The notes beneath the pieces are model-generated. The model searched no databases. It was not told the origin of the DNA and saw only the letters and a program-made list of their open reading frames with translations. A stretch of 64,000 nucleotides of DNA from the human T2T-CHM13v2.0 reference genome, Homo sapiens. The position numbers were made by a program, and so were the translations under genes. Below are positions 15,026 to 26,960 of this stretch, piece by piece (position 1 is the first letter of the stretch; the number at the start of each line of letters is the position of its first letter). The stretch lies in assembly GCF_009914755.1 (NCBI RefSeq), contig NC_060927.1; one strand, written 5' to 3'.

Positions 15026-15844
15026 GCTATAACAACACCTGCCTTCACAGGAGGTCTCCAAGCAAGCATCCTTCCATCTTCCGGGCTCGGTGGTTCCCAT
15101 TTTGCCATGAACTGCTGTCATTGGTGTTCCTGTCAAGTGGGATGTGACTGGCTGCTACCTTCCCTTGCTCAGCTAGAGCGTAAGGCCAACAAAAAATGGG
15201 CATCATTGAGGGGTGATAGGCTTCCCCTGGAGGAAGGAGAAAGTTGGATGTCCCCTCTGGGACATGCTAGCCTAGGAGGGTTGAGGGCTGCTTTTGGAGT
15301 GTGCCTCCCAGCCAACATCCAGTGCCCAGTCCTGGGGCAACAGAGACTCCCAGGGGCTCACATATCTCCCAGGGGCTGCACCAGCCACTCCTTGGGTATT
15401 TTTACTCGGTTCTCCATCTGGTTTGTGTGCACACGGCCTAGCCTCAGGCTGGGAAGATGGAACCATTGGGGGCCCGGTATGTCTTGTCTTGGCAGCTGAC
15501 CGCCCGGAAGCCAGCCAGTGCCAGGACTCCCGGCCTGCGGAGAACCGGTTCCTCCAAGGCCAGCTTGCCTTCAGCAGCTCCACAGGAAAACATTCCTGCT
15601 GCCTGGATTTCCTCATAAAGGCTCATAGGTCTCTTTTACAGAAAAGGTAGAAAACAAATTCCTGGGCAGATTCCTCAGGCTAAGAACAGGCCTACGAGGT
15701 GCCATTTATCGAACACCTACTACAAGCCAAGACCTTGGCAAAATGTGACTTCTACTGTTGCTTCTGGTGCTGCTGCTACACATTCCAGGTAACACAATGG
15801 CACACACGGTCAGCCCCTGGGCTTCGCAGGAAATACATCAGGCC

Positions 15845-16078
15845 AGTGCAGTGGTTTAATGTGAGCCAGATGGCCCATGTCCCGATTCTAGTTCTTCTAC
15901 CTCCTGACACTGTGACCTTGGGCAGTTTACCGAACCCTCCTGTGCCAAACTGTTTTTCATCTATAAAATGGGGAGAAGCATAAGAATACTATGTTGTTCA
16001 GAGAGTGAATGAAATAAGACAGATTAAGCACTTAGCATAGTATCTAGTACTTAATAAACATTATCTCCTATTATTATT
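15845..16078 (+). mobile_element. MIR SINE
   Basis: CTGTGACCTTGGGCAGTTTACCGAACCCTCCTGTGCC...CATCTATAAAATGGGGA. Confidence 0.8.
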
Positions 16079-16260
16079 AGCATCTCATTTGTTTTCACAA
16101 TCATTTACTAGGTCAGTATTATGATCACCCACATTTTATAGATGAAAAAATTAAGGCACAGGGAGGTCTAGTAAATTGCCCCAAATTATACAACTAATAA
16201 ATGACTGGGTCAGAATTTAAGCCCAGGTTTTTCTGACTCTGAAACCCTCACTCCTACCTT
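16079..16260 (-). mobile_element. MIR SINE, tail-to-tail with the previous MIR
   Basis: CACATTTTATAGATGAAAAAATTAAGGCACAGGGAGGT. Confidence 0.8.
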
Positions 16261-16667
16261 CAACTAAACTGCCTCCAAGGAATCCTAGAGCATAACACAA
16301 ATATTTAGGTGTTCCTTAAATTGATTCTTGTCATTGATGTTATATGGAAATGCCAGATATTCCCACCTATAGAAATAGGCTGCTTATCTGGAGAAATTGC
16401 TTATATTGATCAAAAGGTCAAGGGCTTCCATAAAAAATTTCAATAATACATTTTTCAAAGATGTGAATGGTGGCAGATGTGAATCGAGATGTAGTGTAGT
16501 TTTCTGGAGAGATCCCTGGGCCATGTCAGGAGACCCACATTTCCTTCCTGCCTGTCACCAATTTGCCTTGTGACCCAATGAGTTATCAGCCTTCTCCAGG
16601 GTCACTTTTCTTATTTGTGGGGTTGAGATTCAATGCCCTTCAAGAGGTTTTCTGACTCAATGAACTT

Positions 16668-17200
16668 TTTCATTCATTCATGCAACAAGTTTTATTGACC
16701 ACCTACTATGTGCCAGGAACTATTTTAGGAGCTGCAAATGCAACAGTAAACAACAATATGGATGTGGATGTGGTCCTTGCCTTCATGGAGCTTGGAGGGA
16801 GATTGAGGGAAGGAAGCTGATAAGGACCACAAAGTGACAAGTGCCCTGAAAGCACACAGCTGTAGCACCTGAGAGGAAGGCTCCTAACCCAGCTTGAGAA
16901 GCCAGGCAAGTGTTCCTGGAAGAGGGGACATTTCTGCAGTAGGATCTAATGTGGAGGGGAGTGAGGAGAGAGGATGCTGAGAGGAGGGTATGTGTGTGTA
17001 TGTGTGGACATGGCACATTTGAAGAAGTAAGTGAAGGTTAGTATGGCTGTGCCTCTGAGGGTGATGGGAGAGGAGCTAGCCAAGAGGAAGCTGGAGAAGC
17101 AGGCAGCATTCTGACTTCATGCCAGACCTGGTCAACCTGGTTAATCATTTTGATTTTATCTTTAAATTGTGCTGGAGCATCTCAAGGGTTTTAGGAAGAT
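16668..17200 (-). mobile_element. L2 (L2a-like) 3' region
   Basis: TTCATTCATTCATGCAACAAGTTTTATTGACCACCTACTATGTGCCAGG...GGTCCTTGCCTTCATGGAGCTT. Confidence 0.85.
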
Positions 17201-17819
17201 CCTCCTGGCTCCATGGGGGAGATCAGAGCAAAGGTGGTAAGAAGGGAAGCCAGCTGACCTGTAATGTTACCTTTGTGGCAGACTGCCACAGAGATGGTGG
17301 TGCCCCTGGTGTGGCGTGCAGGCCCTGGAGAAGGAAGATGAGATGCTGGGGCCGATTAGCAGGTGGAACAGGCAGGGCTCAGTCCGGTGGCTCATGTAGC
17401 AGAGCGTCAGCAGGACCATAGCAGGGGGCTGGGCACTGTATAGGGTATAGGCTCTGATCTATGGCCTGGCCACCCACAGGGTGCTGAGTGTGTCCTTCCT
17501 TCCTTTACTCTGCACATACACTCTCCTGCGGGACTGGCCCTCTCCGCGGCATCACAGGCCCCCGCTCTGCTCATAGCTCAAGCCTCAGCCTCTTGTTCAG
17601 CTCCTGAGCTGCACATCCATCCATCCATCTGGTCACCAATTGGTCATCCTGTCTTGGCCATGTCTGAGCACCTCCATCTCAATGTGTTCAGAAGGAAATC
17701 ATTCATCTCTCCCACCCTTACTGTCCCTCTCTTTCTTTTGGGACCCCCATTTTTGCAAACAGCACCACTCTCCATCCAGCCTACTTTCAAACACAGGCTG
17801 TCCACAACCATAGGGAGCA

Positions 17820-18560
17820 GTGTGTGCCCCCTGCAAAATCACCGTGCATCCCTGCAACTTTGGGAATAGCTTCGCAGGCCGCTGCAAGGGGCGGGAGGGA
17901 GAGAGCAATTATCGGCCTTCAAGACTCCTCCCGCGCTGTTGGCAGGAATGTTTCTTTCCTGGGTGTCAATACAAGCCCAGGGTCATTTTTCAGCATTTGC
18001 CAATCGCTGTAATTGCACAGGCCCGAGTGGCTCTCCAGAGAATTCCTGCCGTTCCTCATTCTCTCCTCCTGGACTGTGCTCTATAGATGCACCCCAGGCC
18101 ATGGATCATGTTTTTCACATAACCCGTTAATTACTAAAGAAAACAACCCAGCTTTCAACCTGATTAGCCCAGATTAATGGCCAGCAGCGGGTTTCACGCG
18201 CCTGCACAATTTATCACTGAAAAGAACTGTGTCTTTAATGATTTAGCTACCTGGCCGGGCAGGGCTTACTCCAGGCCGCAGGCCTCCTGGAGGAGTTAAT
18301 TGCTGTTCTTCGTTTCTGACCTGGAAAGGCCCAGGTGACAGTTCCCATTAGCCAGGCTTGGCCTGCCTGATGACAAAAGATGGCAGGAGGCCCTCCCCTC
18401 CCACTTTGTTCAGAAGATACATCGAGGCCAAGTGTCCCAGCGCCCCCACCCAGCTGCCAGCTGAAACAGGTGGAATCGACCTGGAAATTTATGTTTTTTC
18501 CCTCCCCCTCTTCTGCACTTTCTTTTTTCCTTCTTGAATATGTTGAAAGAGTGAATCATT
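17820..18560. promoter_or_regulatory. Candidate conserved enhancer (homeobox-motif cluster)
   Basis: Repeat-free, CpGs retained, many TAAT/ATTA cores (GTAATTGC, GTTAATTAC, TGATTAG, GATTAATGG, TTAATGATTTA, GTTAATTGC); inference from motifs only. Confidence 0.45.
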
Positions 18561-19026
18561 TTTGTCTTTATTAGATTTCACCAAGAATTCTAGCGCCTTT
18601 CCTAGAAATGAGAAGGAAGTTTTTTCTTCTGGTTATTTTCTGTTACATTTTAACATAATTTGGCTGTTCTCTGAGGGAGATCAAGTGACAACATTTCTTG
18701 AATCATTTATCATAGAAATATCCTTTAATGAATAGCCTCTTCGAATGTCAGAACTGGGCACAAGCATCTGATCCAAGTCTTGTCTTTTCCAGACAAGGAT
18801 GCTGGGGCCGAAGGGAAAAGGAATGAAGTTATCCAAGACAACAGTGAGTGAGTGGCCACGCTGAGATTTACCAAGCCAGAACGCTTCCCAACAGCCTGAG
18901 GGTCGGCACAACTTCTTGTTTACTATTAGAATACTACCACTTACTGAATATTTACCTGTTCTAGACATCTTTTTTTTTTTACAATTGATTTTTGTATGTT
19001 GATCTTGTATATTATAAACTCGCTAA

Positions 19027-19356
<330 letters not shown>

Positions 19357-19571
19357 AAGCTTTTTTTTTTTTCTAATTATTATTAATTATTTATTTTCTA
19401 GAACCGTTTTAAATTTACAGAAAAAATGAACAGAAAGTAAAGATTTCTCATATACCCCTACTCCAATCTCCCCTGTCTTATTAACATCTTACATAGTTTG
19501 GTAAATTTTGTTACAACTGATGAACTATATTGATACATCATTATTAACTAAAGTCCCTAGTTTACACCTCT

Positions 19572-19814
19572 TGTTCTCACTCATAGGTGGGAATTGAACA
19601 ATGAGAACACACGGACACAGGAAGGGGAACATCACACACCAGGGCCTGTTGTGGGGTCGGGGGAGGGAGAGCATTAGGAGATATACCTAATGTTAAATGA
19701 CGAGTTAATGGGCGCAGCACACCAACATGGCACATGTATACACATGTAACAAATCTGCACGTTGTGCACATGTACCCTAAAACTTAAAGTATAATAATAA
19801 TAATAAAAAAAAAA
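19572..19814 (+). mobile_element. 5'-truncated primate L1PA (about L1PA3-5) 3' end
   Basis: TGTTCTCACTCATAGGTGGGAATTGAACAATGAG...GTACCCTAAAACTTAAAGTATAATAA followed by poly-A. Confidence 0.95.
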
Positions 19815-21093
19815 GAGCTCACTCTTGATGTTGTCAGCGCTATGAGTTTGAAAACTGCACACTGTATCCGTCATTACAGTTTGGTGCAGAATAGTCTCGC
19901 TGCCCTAACAATCCTCTGTGCTCTGCTTATTCATCCTTGCCCCCTCCAAATCCTTGGCCACCACAGATCTTTTCACTGTCTCTATAGCTTTGCCTTTTCC
20001 AGAATGTCATATGGTGGGATCATACAATATGTAGCCTTTTCTGACTGGCTTTATTCAAATAGCAATATTCATCAAAAGTTCCATCATATCTTTTTGTGAC
20101 TTAATAGCTCACTTATTTTTATCACTGAATAATAGCATTGCATTGTCTTGATATACCACCGTTTATTTGTCCATTCACCTATCGAGGGACATCCTGGTTG
20201 CTTCCAAGTTTTGGCAATTATGAATAAGGTTGCTCTAAACATTCATGTGCAGGTTTTTGTGTGAACATAAGTTTTCAACTCATTTGAATTCAAGAAATGC
20301 TATTCCTGGATGGTAGGGTAAAATTATATTTAGCTGTGTAAAAAAGTGCCGTATTGTCTTACAAAGTGGCTGTACCGTTTCATATTATTGCCAGTAATTA
20401 GGGACAGTTCTTGTTGCTCCACAGCCTCACCACGGTTTCCTGGTGTCGGTGTTTCTAATGGTTGTCGTTCTTATAGGTGGGTGGTGGTGTCCCTTTTTTA
20501 AAATTTGCAATTCTCTAATGATGCATGATATTGAACATCTTTTCATATGCTTATTTGCCATCTGTATATCTTCTTTGGTGAGGTGTCCATTCAGGTCGTT
20601 TGCCCATTCTTTAATTGGGCTGTTTTCTTATTGTTGAGCTTTAAAGGTTATTTGTATGTTTTGGAAAACAGTCCTCTATCAGATGTGTCTTTTGTAAATA
20701 TTGTTTTCTCTGTCTGTGGATTTTTCCCCCTCATTTTCTTGATGTCTTTTACAAAGCAGAAATTTCTAATCGAACGAAGTCCACCTTTTCAATTCTTTCT
20801 TTCATGGGTTGTGCCTTTGGTGTCTAAAAAGTTATCACTAAACTCAGGACCATCTAGATTTTCTCCTATGTTATCTTCCAGGAGTTTTATAGTTTTGCAT
20901 TTTACATTTAGGTCTGTAATCTATTTTGTGTTAATTTTTTGTGAAGGATGTAAAGAGTGTGCCTAGAATCATTTTTTTTAACATGTGGATGTCCAATTGT
21001 TCCAGCACGATTTGTTGAAAAGACTGTATTTTCTTTGTATTGCCGTTGGTCCTTTGTCAAAAGATGAGTTGACAATATTTATGAGGGTCTATT

Positions 21094-21329
21094 CCTTTTT
21101 TTTTTTTTTTTTTAAGAAGACAGGCTCCAGCCAGACTGGAGCGTAGTGGCTCTTCACAGGTGCGATTCCACTACTCATCAGCACAGGAGTTTTGACTTGT
21201 GTTTTCTGACTTCAGCCAGTTCACCCCTCCTTAGGCAACCTGGAGGTCACCATATTGATGCTGAACTTAGTGTGGACACCCAATTGGCATAGTGCACTAC
21301 AGCCCGGATCTCTGGGGCTCAAGTGATCC
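21094..21329 (-). pseudogene. 7SL (SRP RNA) retropseudogene, 5'-truncated, polyadenylated
   Basis: Reverse complement contains the S-domain (CACTAAGTTCAGCATCAATATGGTGACCTCC, AGGTTGCCTAAGGAGGGGTGAAC, GTCAAAACTCC), which Alu lacks; poly-T from 21096; degenerate TSD ATGAGGGTCTATT / GTGAAGATCTATT. Confidence 0.95.
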
Positions 21330-21713
21330 GTGAAGATCTATTTCTGGGCTGTCTATTCTGTTTCATTGATCTATTTGTCTATTCTTCTATTCTTTTGCCA
21401 ATGCCACACTGTCTCTATTACTGTAGCTTTATGCTGAGCCTTGAAACTGGGCAGTCAGTCCTCTGACTTTGTTTTCCTTCGATATTGTTGGGAAGAACTG
21501 ACATCTTACAATATCGAGTCCACCTATCCGTGAATGTAAAATATCTCTCTATTTATTTAGTTGGAGTTTCGTAGTTTTCCTTCTGTATATCTTTATACAT
21601 GTTGTTAGATTTATACCTAAGTATTTCATTTTGAGGTGTGCTAATATTGTATAAATGTATTTTATTTTTAACTTCAAGTTCCAATTGTTTATTGTTGGTA
21701 TATAGGAATGTAA

Positions 21714-22037
<324 letters not shown>

Positions 22038-22717
22038 TGATTCACCTTTATATATTAATCTTGTATCCTGCAACTTCACTATAACTACTTATTAGTTCTA
22101 GGAGGTGTATTGTTTGTTTTGTCAGTTCTCTTAGATTTTCTACATGGACAATCATGTAATTTGTAAATGAAGACAGTTTTATTTCTTCCTTCCTAATCTA
22201 TATGCCTTTTATTTAAAACAAACATTTGTTTTGTAATGATATCCTCATGCATTTTTTTGGGGTCTATTTTTGCTTCTTTTCTTCCTTCCTTTTTTAAAGG
22301 CCTAAATTTTAATAGGACTTTAATGGATAAATGTCAAAAAAAAAAAAAAAAACCAAAAGACCCTTAACTTCTAACATTTATTTTCAAATCTTAACACTGC
22401 ATTTAAATGGTTAAAGTAACACAAATTTATATATAAACCTAATAATTAGGAAGCAATGGAAAATTCTTATTCTAAGTAAAAATCATTCTTTCCTGCAGCT
22501 CAGAACTTTCCGGCAATTTTGTTTTCTTCCTCTGAAGTACTTCTTTTTAGAAATTCCTTTAGTAAGAATCTGTTGATGGCAAAATTTCTCAGTTTTTATT
22601 TGCCTGCAAATGTCTTTATCTTAGTCTTTTTCTTCAGTGATATCTTAGTTGGGTTTATAAGTCTTGATTGACAATTATTTTTCTTTTGCACTTTGTTTTT
22701 CTGTGTTTTTCAAAACC

Positions 22718-22887
22718 AGCTGGGCACAGTGGCACACACCTTTAGCCCCAGATATTTGAGAGGCTGAGACAGGAGGATTACTTGAGCTCAGAAGTTTGAG
22801 GCTGTAGTGTGTTATAATCATGTCTGTGAATAGCCACTGCACTTAAGCCTGGGCAACTTAGCGAGACCTCATCTCTTAAAAAAAAAA

Positions 22888-22889
<2 letters not shown>
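22718..22889 (+). mobile_element. FAM (fossil Alu monomer)
   Basis: Monomer retaining 7SL-derived CTGTGAATAGCCACTGCACT...GGGCAAC.TAGCGAGAC, followed by poly-A. Confidence 0.85.

Positions 22890-22925
<36 letters not shown>
22890..22925. repeat. (GT)18 microsatellite
   Basis: Perfect GT run abutting the FAM tail. Confidence 0.98.
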
Positions 22926-22927
<2 letters not shown>

Positions 22928-24363
22928 TAGATCTATCTTTGAGTTCACAAATTCTTTCTTCAACTGTGCCTAACTTCATGTTTCATTTAGGTTTTTCCTC
23001 ATCTGCTTAGTTTTTAATTATAATAACTATGATTTCTCATGTTTAAAATTCTTTCTGGTTGTTTTCTACAAATGCCTGGGCCCTTTTGAGATTATTTTAT
23101 TCCTTGCTCATGTATTTTGATTCCCTCTTTTATTTCTGAAAACATTTCTTTTTACTTCCTTAAAACATAATTATTTTTAATTCTGTGTTCCATAGTTCAT
23201 ATATATGAAGTCGCTGGGAATTTAATTCTGCTTTTTTTTTGTTTCTTCTGATTCTTATTGGTGGTGGCTGGGTTTTTCATGTGTTTAAAAATTTTGACTG
23301 TGAGCTGGGTTTTGACTGTTCAGCTGGGTTTATTCGTGGGAACCCATGAGGTCTGGGTTTTGAGTGCATCCTTACAGAGAGAATACGCATTTGCTTCTCT
23401 GCCAGGTGGCCCTGTAATGGTATAACACGAGACCATTTTTAAGTTAACTCTTCCGCTGGGGGTTTCCAGTCAACAAAAAATGTGTGAATTTAATTCCTTG
23501 TGCAGATAAGTTTCATTTTCACCTTCCTTTACCAGTGGACAGTAAATCCTTTTACTGAGACTGTAGCTTTTCAGGCTTCTTACTTTATTAGGGGTCTCAG
23601 TTCCAATTTTCCAGCTTATTCAGGCTGAATATCTAGTCTTCTGTTCCCTGCAAGGCCATTAAAACTCCAGCTTGTTTCAGCGATTGGCAGATGCTCTCAG
23701 GATAGCTTTGGTTCAGCACGAACTCCCTCTTCAGTTTGGCACCTGGTGACTTCCCTTACTTCCAGGTCAGCTCAGCTCTGAATCTAAAAGTATTCCTGTA
23801 ATATTTTATCCAGAATATCTGTATGCTTTATCTCAGGAGGGCTTTTCAGGCTCTCTGGTCATTTGCCAGAAATACCATAGCACGAGTTTCTTTCTAAACG
23901 TAGTCACTTTTTCACTCATTGTTAAATGTCACCTTTATTTTGAAAGGATGGATTATGGGTATATTAAAAATATCTACTAGGTAGCATACTACTGGCAGCT
24001 ACCTATCACCAAACGAATAGCAAAGTTATAATAATTTGTGGGGTTTTTTGTAAGAGAAAAATGTGTACCTAAGTTCCTTGCCATGAGATGACTTATAGAA
24101 TCTTCACAGTTACTTGCCATCTCCCATTTAAAATAATTACTGAATCCAACCTAATTGGACAAATATGAACTACAATGCCCTGTAATAAGCTCAGAATGAT
24201 AGAGCAGATGAGGGTTTCTCCGTCTACCTGTCTAAGTTATAGACATCTCACTGACATGTCTTGGATTATGTCTGGGCATCATCAATGTTAATAAAACTTA
24301 AATTCTATGTTTTGTAATCAAATAAAAATACATAGAAGTTCTAATATTTTATTTCCTTCATGC

Positions 24364-24522
24364 CAGTGGCTAATCTCATCTTGGTTGGGGTAAGTTACTT
24401 CTGGCATGTAGTGGGTGGAGGCCAGGAATTCTGGCTTAAACATCCTACAATGCGCAAGACTCCCCTCCGTGGCTGAATTGTTTTGTCAAAGATGTTGAAA
24501 ATGCTCAGTTTGAGAAGCACCG
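24364..24522 (+). mobile_element. MER20 (hAT-Charlie MITE)
   Basis: CTGGCATGTAGTGGGTGGAGGCCAGG...AAACATCCTACAATGC...TTTGAGAAGCAC. Confidence 0.8.
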
Positions 24523-26303
24523 AGTCAGACACGGAGGAAGTGTGGCAATTTCAGGCTCTGGTTTCACTCCTCACTGCCGCCCTTCACAGTCCTCCTGATT
24601 CAGGTGTACCACGCTATGCTTCCTTCCCCAATCGTAAATATCCTCTTCGTGTCTTTTCTTCCAGAGCTTCACACACTTCATGGGCATGGTGTGTGAATTG
24701 TTTTCCAGCTGCAGCATTTCTAACTGAATCTCTGTCTCAGAGCTAGATGGTGTCCACAGGGTTCAAGAGAAGGGCACTTTTCCTAATCATTTACTTCAGG
24801 CTGTTATTCAGATGACATCATCCTTCTAAACCAAAGAGACTAGGAGGAAAAGGGGAGGGGGCGTTTACTTTTCCTGTAAAGCAAACTCCAGGTGACTGCA
24901 ATACAGTATCTCACGTGGTCACAGGCTCTGGTTCTAAGAGCAAATATGAAGGTGGATGGGAAGAGATGGAGTGGAGAGTACGGGAACGGAATCAACACAG
25001 CAGGGTGTGTTTGTGTTGGGGGGAGATTTTGAAAGTCCCATATTTGGGCTGAGGAGACCCAGATGGCACCCCTGAACCTCCATGCAGCTTGGATAAGCTG
25101 GTAAGCAAGGTCCAGGGCAGACAGGCAGGCAGGAGGCCAACGAGAGGGAAACGCAGAGCTCCCAACTCCTTCCTGCAGAGGCTTGCAGGACTGTGTGCTA
25201 GAAATTAGAGGGGGCTTTTCACCTGTCTCTGTTCACTCATGACACAAACCCTTCCTTGAGGAAAGAGTCAGAGGTCAGTGAACGTGACAAAATCACCTCC
25301 CGTCGCTGTGAGGCTGGCCCGGGACTCTGCTGGCTGAGGCTAGGTAACTTGTTCCTCTCCGTGTCTCCCGTCCTGACCTCACCCAGGCCTGAGCCCGCCT
25401 TGCATCTAGAAGCTGTCTGGCCCATTAGTGTCCTTCCACTCCACAGAAGGTTCAGACTAGAAGGCTCTTGACCTCATGTACTCCTTTGCTCTGCATTTTA
25501 AACATGAAGAAACCAAGGGCATGATAGAGCTCTTTGTTCCCATTCAAGACATCTTATTTCTGAGGGCAGGTCTCCTTGGCCTGAGGGGCTTGAGAGCAGG
25601 CACTAACCTTGACTTTAGGGGCCCTAAAAAGGAAGTGAGCTGTGTCAGAAATGTGTCTGGGGCTCACCTTGGCAATGGGAGCCATTCAGCTTGTACCTAA
25701 AGGAACAGTTAGCCCAGAGTGAAACCCAATTCTTAGTTTAAAGAAACAGACGCAGAAAGACTTCTTAAGCCTGGATCAATGTCTTTCCCCACAAGGAGTG
25801 AGAAAATAAAAACAATGTTGAATCCTCTCACGCTGCTAATAAAAAGGAGACAGGGCTCAAGTGAGGGCAGCCAGGGAGCGCAGAAGGAGGCATTTTCCAT
25901 TGAACTTTTTCTGCTTATGCAATAGATCTTCATTATCTACACTGTGCTGTGGCTCTCCAGCTCCCCCAGGGAGATGCTTAATGACATAAACTGCTTAATA
26001 AGCAGTGACTGGTGCCCCGGAAGAGCCGATGGAAGAGGAAAGCGGCCTGCTCCTATCTCCTAGTGTTCTGCATTTCTCTCTCACAGCTGATTTCAGATAC
26101 TGGCCAGAGGGAGATAAAGGGCAGCTGGCTTCCCAACCAGACCAGCAGCATTTGCCCTGTTGGAAGGCTGGCTTCAGGCAACATTGCCACTCACTTTCCC
26201 TCATGAGGGGAAACGCGGCCTCCATTTTTTGTGCTCTTAAGCAAGAATTTCCTACTTTGGTGCTGTCTGTCTTAGGCTCCACCCAGAAGCCTCATTCACT
26301 TTT

Positions 26304-26624
<321 letters not shown>

Positions 26625-26656
26625 TAATTTTCTATGTGCTTACAGGTATTCATCTA

Positions 26657-26960
<304 letters not shown>

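Larger units (their letters stand above)
22525..23870 (-). mobile_element. Very old L1M 5'/ORF1 region fragments
   Basis: GGCAAAATTTCTCAGTTTTTATTTGCCTGCAAATGTCTTTAT and T-rich antisense L1 character. Confidence 0.5.
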
